This document shows positions 49,443 to 60,617 of a DNA stretch of 64,000 bases, piece by piece. Where the stretch lies: positions 992,001 to 1,056,000 of the forward strand of contig CBDDPY010000002.1 of the NCBI GenBank assembly GCA_965232515.1, written 5' to 3'. The translations under genes were made by a program, and so were the position numbers. Under the pieces are notes generated by a model that saw nothing but the letters and a program-made list of their open reading frames with translations, was not told where the DNA came from and ran no database searches. Source of the stretch: Alphaproteobacteria bacterium (GTDB taxonomy: Bacteria > Pseudomonadota > Alphaproteobacteria > GCA-2731375). Each line of letters opens with the position of its first letter. Position 1 is the first letter of the stretch.

Positions 49443-50459
49443 ATGCGATACACGAGCCTAGTCGCCGCTGGCTTTGCGGCAATGTTTGTAGCCGGAACGG
49501 CCAGTGCCGGGACGCTCGACGATATCAAAGCCCGCGGTGAGCTGATTTGCGGCGTCACCACAGGCCTCGCCGGATTTGCGGCCCCGGACGATAAGGGCGA
49601 GTGGGCCGGCTTCGACGTCGATGTCTGCCGCGCCGTGGCCACCGCCATCTTCGGCGATCCGAAAAAGGTCAAGTTCGTGCCGACCACCGGCAAGAGCCGG
49701 TTCCCGGCCCTGCAGTCGGGCGAGGTCGACATGCTGGCCCGGAACACGACCTGGACCTTCGACCGGGACGTCAAGCTCGGCTTCGAGTTCACCGGCATCA
49801 ACTTTTATGACGGTCAGGGCTTCATGGTTCGCAAGGACCTTGGCGTGAAATCGGGTTATGAGCTCGACGGCGCCAGCGTCTGCGTGGCCACCGGCTCGAC
49901 CACCGAGCTCAACCTCGGCGACTTTTTCCGCGCCAACAACATGAGCTATACGCCGGTGGTCTACGAGAAGGCCGACGAAATCCGCACGGCCTATGACGCC
50001 AACCGTTGCGACGTCTACACGACGGACCGGTCCGGTTTGGCGGCACAGCGTTCGGAACTCAGCAATCCCGACGATCACATCGTCCTGCCGGAAGTGATCT
50101 CGAAAGAGCCGCTGGGTCCGTTGGTCCAGCACGGCGATCATCAGTGGGGCGATGTCGTCCGCTGGTCGCTGAACGTCATGATCATCGCCGAAGAACTGGG
50201 CATTACGTCCGCGAACGTCGATGACATGCGCGCCAGTTCGAAGAACCCTGAAATCCGGCGGTTGCTCGGTGTCGAGGGCGAATATGGCCCGCGGCTGGGT
50301 CTGGCGAACGACTGGGCCTACAACGTCATCAAGATGGTCGGCAACTATGCCGAGTCTTATGACCGCAACATCGGTCCGAACACCCCGATCGGACTTGAGC
50401 GCGGCGTGAACGCGCTGTGGACGGACGGCGGCATCCTGTACGCACCGCCGTTCCGCTGA
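49443..50459 (+). CDS. aapJ: General L-amino acid ABC transporter substrate-binding protein
   Basis: RF.ALQSGEVD.LARNTTWT, ISKEPLGP, YAPPFR end. Confidence 0.95.
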   Translation: MRYTSLVAAGFAAMFVAGTASAGTLDDIKARGELICGVTTGLAGFAAPDDKGEWAGFDVDVCRAVATAIFGDPKKVKFVPTTGKSRFPALQSGEVDMLARNTTWTFDRDVKLGFEFTGINFYDGQGFMVRKDLGVKSGYELDGASVCVATGSTTELNLGDFFRANNMSYTPVVYEKADEIRTAYDANRCDVYTTDRSGLAAQRSELSNPDDHIVLPEVISKEPLGPLVQHGDHQWGDVVRWSLNVMIIAEELGITSANVDDMRASSKNPEIRRLLGVEGEYGPRLGLANDWAYNVIKMVGNYAESYDRNIGPNTPIGLERGVNALWTDGGILYAPPFR

Positions 50460-50473
50460 TCGTAATTTGACGG

Positions 50474-50507
50474 CGAGGCACGCCCGGGACTTGCCGGGCG
50501 TGCCTCG
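50474..50507 (+). other. Intercistronic stem-loop after aapJ (mRNA stabiliser or attenuator)
   Basis: CGAGGCACGCCCGG-GACTTG-CCGGGCGTGCCTCG, perfect 14-bp stem with no U tract. Confidence 0.65.
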
Positions 50508-50545
50508 ATCACCGGCAAGCGATTTTAGCCACATGGGGTGCCGGG

Positions 50546-51733
50546 ATGGCCGTAGCTGACGTCAGCCAATCCTCAGCCAAGGTAAATTGGCTCTACGACG
50601 CGCGCGTGCGCGCGATCTTCTATCAGATCCTCACAATCACGGTCTTCGTCGGATTCATCATCTGGCTGGGCAACAATACCGCCCAGAACCTGGAAGACCG
50701 CGGCATCGCCACCGGTTTCGGCTTCCTCTCGCAGCCCGCCGGATTTGGCGTTCCCTTTTCATTGATCGAATATAGCGAGACGTCGCCTTACTGGGATGCC
50801 TTCGTTCTGAGCGTTCTCAACACGCTCTACATCTCCTTTATCGGCATTGTCCTGGCGACCGTCATCGGCTTCATCTTCGGCGTGATGCGCCTGTCGTCGA
50901 ACTGGATCATCTCCAAGTTCGCCGCCATCTACCTTGAGACGGCGCGGAATATTCCGCTGCTTCTGCAGATCCTGTTCTGGTACTTCGGCGTCCTGACGGC
51001 ACTGCCGCAACTTCGGCAGAGCATCAATATCGGCGACTCGATATTCCTTAACAATCGCGGTCTCTACACGCCATCGCCGATCTTCGGACCGGGTTTCGAA
51101 TTCGTCGTCATCGCCTTTCTGGTCGCCATCATTGGCGTCATCCTGGTCAAGCGTTGGGCGACAAAGCGCCAGGAAGCGACCGGCGAGCAGTTCCCGGTTT
51201 TCTTGACCGCGCTCGGGCTCATCATCGGCCTGCCGCTGCTGGCCTTTGCCGTCACGGGCTTCCCGCTGACCTGGGATTACCCCGAGCTGAAGGGTTTCAA
51301 CTTCCGCGGCGGCGCCGTCATGATCCCGGAGTTCATGGCGTTGCTGGCAGCGCTCACGCTGTATACGGCCGCCTTCATCGGCGAGATCGTGCGCGCCGGT
51401 ATCCAAGCGGTCAGCCACGGCCAGACCGAAGCGGCCTATGCCCTTGGCGTTCGCCCGAGCATCACCATGCGCCTGGTGATCATTCCACAGGCGCTGCGGG
51501 TGATCGTGCCGCCGCTGACCAGCCAGTACCTGAACCTGACCAAGAACTCGTCGCTGGCGGCCGCCATCGGCTATCCGGAGCTGGTCGCAGTCTGGTCCGG
51601 TACTGTGTTGAACCAGACCGGTCAGGCCATCGAATGCATCCTGATGACCATGCTGGTGTACCTGACGATCAGCCTGTCCATCTCGGTGTTCATGAACTGG
51701 TACAACAAGCGCATCGCGCTGGTGGAGAGGTGA
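50546..51733 (+). CDS. aapQ: Amino acid ABC transporter permease
   Basis: RNIPLLLQ, GQTEAA, QYLNLTKNSSLA. Confidence 0.94.
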   Translation: MAVADVSQSSAKVNWLYDARVRAIFYQILTITVFVGFIIWLGNNTAQNLEDRGIATGFGFLSQPAGFGVPFSLIEYSETSPYWDAFVLSVLNTLYISFIGIVLATVIGFIFGVMRLSSNWIISKFAAIYLETARNIPLLLQILFWYFGVLTALPQLRQSINIGDSIFLNNRGLYTPSPIFGPGFEFVVIAFLVAIIGVILVKRWATKRQEATGEQFPVFLTALGLIIGLPLLAFAVTGFPLTWDYPELKGFNFRGGAVMIPEFMALLAALTLYTAAFIGEIVRAGIQAVSHGQTEAAYALGVRPSITMRLVIIPQALRVIVPPLTSQYLNLTKNSSLAAAIGYPELVAVWSGTVLNQTGQAIECILMTMLVYLTISLSISVFMNWYNKRIALVER

Positions 51734-51737
51734 CGAC

Positions 51738-52871
51738 ATGGCGACCATGGACACCTCGCAATCCGGTCACGACACACCGGCCGTCCACGTGCCGGCCCCG
51801 GATCTGCCGCCACCGGCAACCGAAGTCGGCATTCTCGGTTGGGCGAAGGCGAACCTGTTTTCGAACTGGTGGAACTCAATCCTGACCCTTGTCGGTCTCT
51901 ATCTTTTCTATCTGGTTCTGCCGCCAATCCTGGACTGGGCCATCTTCTCGGCCGATTTCATCGGCGAGAGCCGCGACGACTGCACCAGCGGCGGGGCTTG
52001 CTGGGTCTTCATCAGCATCCGCTTCGACCAGTTCATCTACGGCTTCTATCCGGAGGCGGAACGCTGGCGCCCGACGCTGGCCGTCGGCGTGGGGCTGCTC
52101 TGTCTGGTTTATTGCCTGACGGACGGCGTGCCGTTCCGCAAATACGTGGCGATGTTCCTGTGCGTTCCGTTCCCGATCATCGCCTTCTTTCTGCTGAGCG
52201 GCGGATTCGGCTTGCCGCACGTCGAAACGCCGAAATGGGGCGGCTTCCTGCTGACCATCGTCATCGCCTCGGTCGGCATCGCGTCGTCGCTGCCGATCGG
52301 CATCGCGCTGGCGCTCGGCCGGCGCTCGCAGATGCCGGTCATCCGCATGATCTGTATCGGCTTCATCGAGTTCGTGCGCGCCGTGCCACTGATCACCGTG
52401 CTGTTCATGTCGCTGGTGATCCTGCCGCTGTTCCTGCCGCCGGGCAGCAACTTCGACCAGCTCCTGCGGGCGCTGATCGGCGTGTCGCTGTTCTCGGCCG
52501 CTTACATGGCCGAGGTGGTGCGCGGCGGTCTGCAGGCCATGCCCAAGGGGCAATACGAGGCGGCCCAGGCGCTCGGCATGAACTACTGGACGATGATGCG
52601 GCTGATCATCCTGCCGCAGGCGCTAAAGATCGTTATTCCTGCGATCGTCAGCAGCTTCATCGGCCTGTTCAAGGACACGACACTGGTGCTGATCATCGGC
52701 CTGGTCGACCTGCTGGCCATGATCCAGCTCGCCGTCACCGACTCCAAGTGGATCGGCCTCGCGACCGAGGGCTACGTCTTCTGCGCCGTCCTGTTCTTCA
52801 TCTTCTGCTTCGGTATGTCGCAGTACTCGATGTACCTGGAGCGGAAGCTGCACACCGGACACAAACGCTGA
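51738..52871 (+). CDS. aapM: Amino acid ABC transporter permease
   Basis: WGG.LLT, R.VPLITVLF, AY.AEVVRGGLQA, FKDTTLV. Confidence 0.94.
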   Translation: MATMDTSQSGHDTPAVHVPAPDLPPPATEVGILGWAKANLFSNWWNSILTLVGLYLFYLVLPPILDWAIFSADFIGESRDDCTSGGACWVFISIRFDQFIYGFYPEAERWRPTLAVGVGLLCLVYCLTDGVPFRKYVAMFLCVPFPIIAFFLLSGGFGLPHVETPKWGGFLLTIVIASVGIASSLPIGIALALGRRSQMPVIRMICIGFIEFVRAVPLITVLFMSLVILPLFLPPGSNFDQLLRALIGVSLFSAAYMAEVVRGGLQAMPKGQYEAAQALGMNYWTMMRLIILPQALKIVIPAIVSSFIGLFKDTTLVLIIGLVDLLAMIQLAVTDSKWIGLATEGYVFCAVLFFIFCFGMSQYSMYLERKLHTGHKR

Positions 52872-52916
52872 TCGCACAACGACAACAATCAGCACATCTC
52901 CGAACAGGGAGCTGAC

Positions 52917-53717
52917 ATGAGCCAAATCGACGAACATATGCCGGCGGATCACATCCCCGACCGGTCGAAGATGACCGTTTCCGACGAGGTCGCGATCCAG
53001 ATCGTCGGCATGCACAAGTGGTACGGCTCGTTCCACGTGCTGAAGGACATCAACCTGACGGTCTATCGCGGCGAGCGCATCGTCATCTGCGGTCCCTCGG
53101 GCTCGGGTAAGTCCACCTTGATCCGTTGCCTGAACCGGCTGGAGGAGCACCAGCAGGGGCAGATCGTCGTCGACGACATCGAGTTGACCAACGACCTGAA
53201 GAACATCGACTCGATCCGCCGCGAAGTCGGCATGGTGTTCCAGCACTTCAACCTGTTCCCGCACCTGACGGTGCTGGAGAACTGCACGCTGGCGCCGATC
53301 TGGGTGCGCAAGCAGCCGAAGGCGGAGGCCGAAGAGATCGCCATGCACTATCTGGAGCGTGTGCGCATCCCCGAGCAGGCGATGAAGTATCCGGGCCAGC
53401 TCTCGGGCGGTCAGCAGCAGCGCGTGGCCATCGCGCGGTCGCTGTGCATGAACCCGCGCATCATGCTGTTCGACGAGCCAACCTCGGCGCTCGACCCCGA
53501 GATGATCAAGGAAGTGCTCGATGTGATGATCACGCTGGCGGAGGAGGGCATGACCATGCTCTGCGTCACCCACGAGATGGGTTTCGCCCGCACTGTCGCC
53601 AACCGCGTGATCTTCATGGACGGCGGCGAGATCGTCGAGCAGAACGAGCCGCAGGAGTTCTTCGACAACCCGCGCAGCGACCGCACCAAGTTGTTCCTAA
53701 GTCAGATCCTGCACTGA
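52917..53717 (+). CDS. aapP: Amino acid ABC transporter ATPase
   Basis: [33 protein letters not shown]. Confidence 0.95.
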   Translation: MSQIDEHMPADHIPDRSKMTVSDEVAIQIVGMHKWYGSFHVLKDINLTVYRGERIVICGPSGSGKSTLIRCLNRLEEHQQGQIVVDDIELTNDLKNIDSIRREVGMVFQHFNLFPHLTVLENCTLAPIWVRKQPKAEAEEIAMHYLERVRIPEQAMKYPGQLSGGQQQRVAIARSLCMNPRIMLFDEPTSALDPEMIKEVLDVMITLAEEGMTMLCVTHEMGFARTVANRVIFMDGGEIVEQNEPQEFFDNPRSDRTKLFLSQILH

Positions 53718-53756
53718 CGCGAATACAGATCCTCGGTCAGCCCGAGGCCGGCAACG

Positions 53757-54551
53757 TCAACTGCCGGCCTTGTGGGCATCCCAGTATTTGGTCGTCAGGC
53801 CCTGCATGACAATGTCGTGGTAGCGCTGCAGGCAACCGCGCAACCCGCTGCCACCAGCGTTCTCGACAATGTTCCAGCAGGCCTCGTACGCCCATAGCGC
53901 CTGCTCATGCCCGGACGAGGCTTCCTCGCCTGCAGCTATCCCGGCCACTTCTTGCCAGAGGCTCTGTCGCTCACTCGGGTCCGGCATGCCATCGGCCGGC
54001 ATGGCATTGACCAGCGCATTCGTAATCCGCGCCGTATCGGCCGACTTGCCACCACGGTCGACGATGACCTGGCCAGCCGTCCGCAAGGGACCGCTCGCCA
54101 TCGCCACTTCCTCTTCCGTGATGGGGTAGGGATCGCCCCGCGACACTTGCGGCGCCAGAGCGACGCGTTCGCCGACGCTGACGGCGATGGCTGTGGCGCC
54201 GTTGTCGGTCAGGACCTCTTGCGGCACCGACAGGCGCAACGCGGAATAACCGCGAACGCTGACGATCTCCAGATCAGCCGCCGGCCGTTCCTGCACTTCC
54301 CCATCGGGTAAGGTCAGAACCAGACGAATATCGGCGTCGCCAATAGCGGTATAGATCGTACCCGCCGCCGGCGACGGACGGTTCTCCTGCAGGCAGAATG
54401 CGCTGAACTCAGCGGCGCAAACGCCGTCGGTACAGGCAAGCACCGTCGGTTTGTCTGTCTCGACCAAAGCGAGAATCTGCGGCGCCGCTTGTGCAGCGGC
54501 CGGCAGCAAGGCACATGAGAACACGAACGCTGCACAGATCGATCGGGACAT
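53757..54551 (-). CDS. Secreted Cys-containing hypothetical protein
   Basis: Signal peptide ending AQA; C-x4-C-x7-C near the N-terminus and C..CLQRYH near the C-terminus; GGAGG RBS. Confidence 0.75.
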   Translation of the reverse strand: MSRSICAAFVFSCALLPAAAQAAPQILALVETDKPTVLACTDGVCAAEFSAFCLQENRPSPAAGTIYTAIGDADIRLVLTLPDGEVQERPAADLEIVSVRGYSALRLSVPQEVLTDNGATAIAVSVGERVALAPQVSRGDPYPITEEEVAMASGPLRTAGQVIVDRGGKSADTARITNALVNAMPADGMPDPSERQSLWQEVAGIAAGEEASSGHEQALWAYEACWNIVENAGGSGLRGCLQRYHDIVMQGLTTKYWDAHKAGS

Positions 54552-54670
54552 GGCATGCCTCCTGAACGAATGCGCCGCCCCCTAGCCCTCAGCCGGCGCC
54601 GGTGGGTACAGGTGTCTATGCAAGTGTCGGCCAGATTGGGCACGACCGTCAACGGGGCCGCGAGGCGCGC

Positions 54671-55648
54671 TCAAGATTCCTCAAGAACCGGATCAAAACG
54701 CTGCCAGGGCGACGGCACTTCCTTGCGCCCGATCGGCTGAAATCCGAATCGCTGATACATCGGCAACGCCTTCGGATGATCCAACGTGCAAGTATTGACC
54801 GTCAGGCGCGCCGGCTCGCGAGACCAGGCAATGTCGATGGCCTTGGTCAGCAGGTAAGGGCCGAGGCGCATGCCGATGAAGTCCGGCATGATGCCGAAAT
54901 AGGCGAGATCGATGTCCGGCATCTCGCGCCGATCGAGCTCGAAGAAACCGGCTGGCACGCCGTCGACGTAGAGCACGAAGATATCGACCCGGTCGTTCCG
55001 GATGATTTGCGCCAGCGCATCATCACTGAGCTTCTTGCGATCGGTCCAAATCCAGTCCCGTCCGACGGCATGGTAGAGGAAGCGATAGAAGCCGACCGTC
55101 GGATTGATGGCCTGCAGCAGCGCGAGCTTCTTCGGCGTCGGCGCGACCAACTGCAGGGGCGGGCGCCGGTTCATCTCCAGATATGTGATGACAACGGGCT
55201 CGTCGGTCTTCTGACCGCCGGCCTTCACCGCATTACCATCAAGCCGTTTCGACATCACCTCGCGGGGCTCAACGATGTAGCCCAGCCGTTGATAGAAACC
55301 GATCACCCGCGTGTTGGTGTCGCGGACCATCAGCTCGATCTTCTGCACCCCGGCCTTGTCCAGCCATTTCTCGCAGGCATGCACCATACGTCGACCGAGC
55401 CCCTGTTCCCGTTCGTCGGGATGGGTGGCGACGTACCACATCCAACCGCGGTGGCCGTCATGGCCGACCATGGCGGCGGCGATCAGCCGGTTGTCGCGTT
55501 CGCCGACCAGAATCTCGCCATGCCCACTGTCCCGGCAGAACTGGAAATCCCGCACGGGATCGTTGAGCGGATTGACCAGCAGGTCGGCGGCGTCCCAGAG
55601 CGCGATGACGGCGGCTTCATCGTCCGCCTCGGCGGCGCGGATCTTCAT
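54671..55648 (-). CDS. Tandem GNAT acetyltransferase (two fused GNAT domains)
   Basis: Domain 1 MVGHDGHRGW...QGLGRR..FYQRLGY; domain 2 TYLEM...YFG....G..LG...TCTLDHP.AL..YQRFGF. Start ATG 55648. Confidence 0.85.
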   Translation of the reverse strand: MKIRAAEADDEAAVIALWDAADLLVNPLNDPVRDFQFCRDSGHGEILVGERDNRLIAAAMVGHDGHRGWMWYVATHPDEREQGLGRRMVHACEKWLDKAGVQKIELMVRDTNTRVIGFYQRLGYIVEPREVMSKRLDGNAVKAGGQKTDEPVVITYLEMNRRPPLQLVAPTPKKLALLQAINPTVGFYRFLYHAVGRDWIWTDRKKLSDDALAQIIRNDRVDIFVLYVDGVPAGFFELDRREMPDIDLAYFGIMPDFIGMRLGPYLLTKAIDIAWSREPARLTVNTCTLDHPKALPMYQRFGFQPIGRKEVPSPWQRFDPVLEES

Positions 55649-55655
55649 CGCGCGA

Positions 55656-56504
55656 TCAAGTGACAACGGGCGTGTCGGCGCGGCTGCCCCATTCGCTCCA
55701 CGAGCCGTCGTAAAGCGAAATGTCGTCACGGCCGATGACGTGCAGGCCCAGCAGCAGCAGCGCCGCCGATATGCCCGACCCACAGGACGTGACGACCGGT
55801 GCGCTGTCGTTGATGCCGGCGGCGCGGAACAGCTTGCTCAGGTCGGCTGGCGGCTTCAGCGTGCCGTCGCCATTCAGCAGATCCGTATAAGGCAGATTGA
55901 AGGCGCCCGGCATGTGTCCACTGCGCATGCCTGCCCGCGGTTCGGGCTCGCGTCCGGTAAAGCGGCCGGCCGAACGCGCGTCGAGGATCTGTTCGTCGGC
56001 GCTCTTGGTCAAGGTCAGGACCTCGTCCACGGAACGCACCATGCCCGGACTGAATTGGGCCGCGAAGGTCGTCGGCAACGTTGCCGGCGGCGCGTCCGTG
56101 ACGGCGTGGCCATCGGCGCGCCACTTGCTCATGCCGCCATCGAGCACGGCGACGTTGTCGTGACCGAAGGCGCGGAACATCCACCAGACCCGGCAGGCGC
56201 CGGTCATCTTGCCACCGTCGTAGCAGACGATCCTGTGGCCGTTGCCGATGCCAAGCATGCCGACCTCGTCGCCGAACTTGGCATTGGTCGGAAACATATG
56301 CGGCAATGGGCTGTTCGTATCGCAGATCCCATCGATGTCGAAGAACACCGCGCCAGGGATATGGGCGGCGTCGTATTCGCCACGCGGACTGCGGTTTTCG
56401 GTCGGCAGATAGAACGATCCATCGACCACGCGCAAATCCGGTGCGCCGAGGTTGTCGGCAAGCCAGTCGGTCGACACAAGCGGACCGAAATTGTTGTCGG
56501 ACAT
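55656..56504 (-). CDS. sseA: 3-mercaptopyruvate sulfurtransferase
   Basis: HIPGAVFFD, RVWWMFR, CGSGISA active loop, LYDGSWSEWG. Confidence 0.93.
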   Translation of the reverse strand: MSDNNFGPLVSTDWLADNLGAPDLRVVDGSFYLPTENRSPRGEYDAAHIPGAVFFDIDGICDTNSPLPHMFPTNAKFGDEVGMLGIGNGHRIVCYDGGKMTGACRVWWMFRAFGHDNVAVLDGGMSKWRADGHAVTDAPPATLPTTFAAQFSPGMVRSVDEVLTLTKSADEQILDARSAGRFTGREPEPRAGMRSGHMPGAFNLPYTDLLNGDGTLKPPADLSKLFRAAGINDSAPVVTSCGSGISAALLLLGLHVIGRDDISLYDGSWSEWGSRADTPVVT

Positions 56505-56529
56505 CTTTGGTTTCCTGTCGTCGAAATGC

Positions 56530-57243
56530 CTAGTCGGCGAATGCCAGCGAAACGCGTCGGTTTTGCCGGCCCTTCTTTTCGATCTTGCGCACCAACACGG
56601 CGCCGATCTCGGACGTGTTGCGCACGTGCGTACCGCCGCAGGGCTGCAGATCGCAATCGGCCACGTCGATCAGCCGCACCCGGCCCGCGCCCGTCGGAGG
56701 TTTCACCGACATCGTCTTCACGAGGTCGGGCTTGGCCGCCAGCTCCTCATCGGTGATCCAGGTCGGCGTCACGTCGTGTCCGGCCTGGACCAGAGCATTC
56801 AGCTTCTCGGTGATCTCTTCCTTCGACTGCTCCAGCTCGGGCATATCGAAATCAAGGCGTCCCTTGTCATCGCCAACCTGACCGCCGGTCACCGGAAACG
56901 GCAAGACAGCCGACAGCAGATGCATGCAGGTATGCATGCGCATCATCCGGTAGCGCCGATCCCAGTCGATCGTCGCCGTGACCTGCGCGCCGACATCGGG
57001 CAACGCCTCGCCCTCGGCAGGCACATGAACGATCTCGTCCGGCGTGTCGCCCTTGACCGTGGTCGCAATCCGGATGCTGGTCCCGTCGGCCAAGGTCATC
57101 ATGCCGGTATCACCCGGCTGACCGCCGCCGGTCGGATAGAAAACCGTACGGTCGAGCACGATCCCGCCACGATCGTTGACCGCCGCGACCTCGGCCTCGC
57201 AGGTCTTGAGATAAGCATCGTCGCGGAACAGCGGTTCGGTCAT
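56530..57243 (-). CDS. alaX: Alanyl-tRNA editing protein AlaX
   Basis: FYPTGGGQPGD, HT..H, CGGTHV; start MTEPLF at 57243. Confidence 0.9.
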   Translation of the reverse strand: MTEPLFRDDAYLKTCEAEVAAVNDRGGIVLDRTVFYPTGGGQPGDTGMMTLADGTSIRIATTVKGDTPDEIVHVPAEGEALPDVGAQVTATIDWDRRYRMMRMHTCMHLLSAVLPFPVTGGQVGDDKGRLDFDMPELEQSKEEITEKLNALVQAGHDVTPTWITDEELAAKPDLVKTMSVKPPTGAGRVRLIDVADCDLQPCGGTHVRNTSEIGAVLVRKIEKKGRQNRRVSLAFAD

Positions 57244-58259
57244 GACATACCTCCCGCCGGATCGAACCAGGGCGGCGTCGGCAAGCCCTTTTCCTTCAGG
57301 AACGCAACGTTGAACATCTTGCTCATGTAGCGCTGCGCACCATCGCAAAGGACGGTGACGATGGTATGGCCGGGGCCCATTTCCTTCGCCATGCGGATCG
57401 CGCCGGCGACGTTCACGCCGCTTGAGCTGCCGAGACAGAGGCCCTCGTGCTGCAGCAGGTCAAAAGCGACCGGCAGCGCCTCCTCGTCAGGGATCTGGAA
57501 CGGCAGATCCACCTCGAGCCCTTCCAGGTTGCCAGTGATGCGGCCCTGGCCGATGCCTTCGGTGATCGAGCTCCCTTCGGCCTTCAGCTCGCCGTGCACA
57601 TAGTAGTTGTAGAGCGCCGCGCCCATGGGATCGGCCATGCCGATCTTCACATCGGGCTTGCGCGCACGCAGCGCCGTCGCGACGCCGGCCAGCGTGCCGC
57701 CGGTGCCGACGGCACAGATGAAACCGTCGACCTTGCCATCGGTCTGTTCCCAGATCTCCGGCCCCGTCGTCTCGATATGACCCTGACGGTTCGCGACGTT
57801 GTCGAACTGATTGGCCCAGATCGCGCCGGCGTCGTGCTTCTCCGCCATTTCGGCGGCAAGGCGCCCGGAATACTTGATGTAGTTGTTGTCGTCGCGATAG
57901 GGCACGGCCGCCACCTCGCGCAGGTCGGCGCCGCAAAGCCGCAGCATGTCCTTCTTTTCTTGCGTCTGCGTCTCCGGGATGACGATGATCGTGCGGTAGC
58001 CGCGCGCGTTCGCGACCAGCGCCAGACCGATGCCGGTATTGCCGGCAGTGCCTTCGACGATAATGCCGCCAGGCCTCAGCAAGCCCTTGGCCTCGGCGTC
58101 CTTGACGATGGCGAGCGCCGCCCGGTCTTTTACCGAGCCGCCGGGGTTGAGGAATTCGGCCTTGCCGTAGATCTCACAACCGGTCAACTCAGAGGCCTGC
58201 TTCAAACGGATGAGCGGCGTGTTGCCGATCGTATCGGTAAAGCCATCACGGACGTTCAT
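57240..58259 (-). CDS. cysK: Cysteine synthase A
   Basis: IGNTPL, KAEFLNPGGSVKDR, TAGNTG, GTGGT. Confidence 0.92.
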   Translation of the reverse strand: MNVRDGFTDTIGNTPLIRLKQASELTGCEIYGKAEFLNPGGSVKDRAALAIVKDAEAKGLLRPGGIIVEGTAGNTGIGLALVANARGYRTIIVIPETQTQEKKDMLRLCGADLREVAAVPYRDDNNYIKYSGRLAAEMAEKHDAGAIWANQFDNVANRQGHIETTGPEIWEQTDGKVDGFICAVGTGGTLAGVATALRARKPDVKIGMADPMGAALYNYYVHGELKAEGSSITEGIGQGRITGNLEGLEVDLPFQIPDEEALPVAFDLLQHEGLCLGSSSGVNVAGAIRMAKEMGPGHTIVTVLCDGAQRYMSKMFNVAFLKEKGLPTPPWFDPAGGMS

Positions 58260-58332
58260 GTCGGGTCGATCCTGCGGCGAATGTAAGAAGATCGTGCAAG
58301 CGAAGGAGACTACCTGCCGGCACTGGGCACGA

Positions 58333-58965
58333 TCAAGCGGGTGGACGCATCTCTCGCTGATCGTTTCGCAGCCGGTCGCGGTTCAGCGCCAACCATTGCA
58401 AGGCGATCACGGCGGGACTCGCCACGATCTGACCGTCGTTCATTGCCGCCATGGCGTCGGCGAACGGCACCACGACGACCCGGATGTCCTCGTTCTCATC
58501 GTCCAGTCCGTGAACGCCGCCCGCTTCACTGGCGTCGACCGGCGCGCAATACACGATGATCCGCTCGCTGAGCGTGCCGGGACTGGAGTAGTAGCGCAGA
58601 ACCGGCCATAGCCGAGACAGATGCAGGCCCGCTTCTTCCATTGCTTCGCGCCGAACGGCCGCTTCAGCATCCTCTCCATCGTCGACGGCACCGGCAGGAA
58701 CCTCCAGCATCCAAGGGGCTTCGCCGTTGGCGTATCCCCCGATCCGGAACTGCTCGATCATCACGACCTCGTCGCGGACGGGATCGTAGGGCAGGACGGC
58801 GACGGCATCGCCGCGTTCCAGAACCTCCCGATCGATGGGCGCGCCGATGCCGCCGGCAAACAGCCGGTGCCGCAGTTCGTAGCGGTCGACCCGGTAATAG
58901 CCCTGATAGACCGTTTCCCGCTTGAGGACCTCGACATCGTCGCGGCCGAAACTCGATTTCGTCAT
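58333..58965 (-). CDS. nudF: ADP-ribose pyrophosphatase (Nudix)
   Basis: VLPYDP..D.V..IEQFR, Nudix box G....GE....A..RE..EEAG, HGL..E.EDI. Confidence 0.88.
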   Translation of the reverse strand: MTKSSFGRDDVEVLKRETVYQGYYRVDRYELRHRLFAGGIGAPIDREVLERGDAVAVLPYDPVRDEVVMIEQFRIGGYANGEAPWMLEVPAGAVDDGEDAEAAVRREAMEEAGLHLSRLWPVLRYYSSPGTLSERIIVYCAPVDASEAGGVHGLDDENEDIRVVVVPFADAMAAMNDGQIVASPAVIALQWLALNRDRLRNDQREMRPPA

Positions 58966-58969
58966 CGGA

Positions 58970-60247
58970 TCAACTCAGGTCCTCTTGCGGCGGGACAACA
59001 CGGCGGACGAGGGGGCCGATGGTCAGCCCCTGGACGACAATGGAAAAAACCACCACGCCATAGCAGACGGCAAGGATCACATCCTTCTCGGGCGAAGGTG
59101 GCAAGGATAGGGCCAGCGCCACCGAGATTCCGCCGCGCAGGCCGCCCCAGGTCAGCGCCGGTATGGCGCCTTGCGTGAACTCCCGAAACGCGCCGAGCGC
59201 ACGGATCGGCAGGCCGACCGAAACGAACCGCGCGGCCAGTACAATGGGGATCGCCAGGATCGCGGCCCAGATCACGCCGGCCTCGCCCTTGATCAGCACG
59301 ACTTCCAGGCCGATCAACAGGAACAGGACGGCGTTCAGGATCTCGTCGACGAGAGTCCAGAAATTGTTCAAGTGTTCTCGGGTCGTCTCGCTCATCGCCA
59401 ACCGTGAGCCGTGGTTGCCGATCAGCAGGCCGGCCGCGACCATGGCAATCGGCCCCGACAGATGCAGCATGTGCGCGATCTGGTAAGTTCCGGTCACCAG
59501 CGCCAGCGTGATGATGACCTCGAGGTTGTATTCGTCGATCGAGCGCATGGCGAGAAAGGCGATCAGCCCCGTGCAGAGGCCGAGCGCGGCGCCGCCGACC
59601 GCGTCGCGCAGGAAAAACCCAGCTATGTCGACGGCCTCGAGAGCAACGCCGCCCTGGCCGGCCGCGCCGACGGCGATACCGGCGACGATGGTGAAGACGA
59701 CAACGCCAACGCCGTCATTGAACAGACTCTCGCCGGCGATCTTCGCTTCCAGGCTGTGCGGCACCTTGGCGGTCTTCAGAATGCCGAGCACCGCGACCGG
59801 GTCAGTGGGAGAGATCAGCGCGCCGAACAGCAGGCAATAGATGAACGGCATGTCGATGCCGAGAAGGGCGAAGACCAGCGACATGGCGTAGCCGACCAGA
59901 AACGTCGACAGGACGACGCCGAAGGTGGCCATGAGCGCGATCGCCCATTTGCGGCGCGCCAACTGCGAGATATCGACATGCAGCGCGCCGGCGAAGAGCA
60001 GAAAGCTCAACATGCCGTCCATCAGCGTGCCGGAAAAATCGATCTCCACCAGCAGGGCGCGCAGACCGGCACCCAAGCCCCAGGCCGGCGCGACCGAATC
60101 GATGGCAAGCACCGCGAGCGAGGCGCTGAGCGCGATCAGCACCAGGCCAATGGTGCGCGGCAGCCTCAGAAAACGGTGGTTCAGGTAGCCAAAAACCGCC
60201 GCCAACGTCAGCAGGATGGCGACGTCATTGAGGACGGTCTCGATCAT
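58970..60247 (-). CDS. nhaP: CPA1 Na+/H+ antiporter
   Basis: [23 protein letters not shown]. Confidence 0.88.
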   Translation of the reverse strand: MIETVLNDVAILLTLAAVFGYLNHRFLRLPRTIGLVLIALSASLAVLAIDSVAPAWGLGAGLRALLVEIDFSGTLMDGMLSFLLFAGALHVDISQLARRKWAIALMATFGVVLSTFLVGYAMSLVFALLGIDMPFIYCLLFGALISPTDPVAVLGILKTAKVPHSLEAKIAGESLFNDGVGVVVFTIVAGIAVGAAGQGGVALEAVDIAGFFLRDAVGGAALGLCTGLIAFLAMRSIDEYNLEVIITLALVTGTYQIAHMLHLSGPIAMVAAGLLIGNHGSRLAMSETTREHLNNFWTLVDEILNAVLFLLIGLEVVLIKGEAGVIWAAILAIPIVLAARFVSVGLPIRALGAFREFTQGAIPALTWGGLRGGISVALALSLPPSPEKDVILAVCYGVVVFSIVVQGLTIGPLVRRVVPPQEDLS

Positions 60248-60296
60248 GGCGGGTCTTGAACAGCGCTCGGCGTGGCGGATCGTCCGACCGGCGGCA

Positions 60297-60617
60297 TCAA
60301 TTCATGCCCGTGCGTCGGCGGATGTACCGGTCGCCGTCTCGGCCCTCGAATAGCTGCTCCAGCAGCGGATGGCGGATCGGATCGCCACTGTCGTCGGGGT
60401 CGAGGTTGCGCTCGGCCACGTAGGTGGTGTGCGAGGCGTCGTGGACCAGGACGTGGTACCAGGGCCGGTCTTTCGGCGGCCGCGACCGGGCCATCTGCTC
60501 GTACCATTCCTCCGTACCGCGGAAATCGGGATCGACGTCATAGACGACGCCGCGATAGCCGAACAGCTTGTGCCGAACGGCCTCGCCGATGCCAAACCGG
60601 GCCTCCAACGTCGCCAT
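60297..60617 (-). CDS. hspQ: Heat shock protein HspQ (YccV-like)
   Basis: [30 protein letters not shown]. Confidence 0.92.
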   Translation of the reverse strand: MATLEARFGIGEAVRHKLFGYRGVVYDVDPDFRGTEEWYEQMARSRPPKDRPWYHVLVHDASHTTYVAERNLDPDDSGDPIRHPLLEQLFEGRDGDRYIRRRTGMN

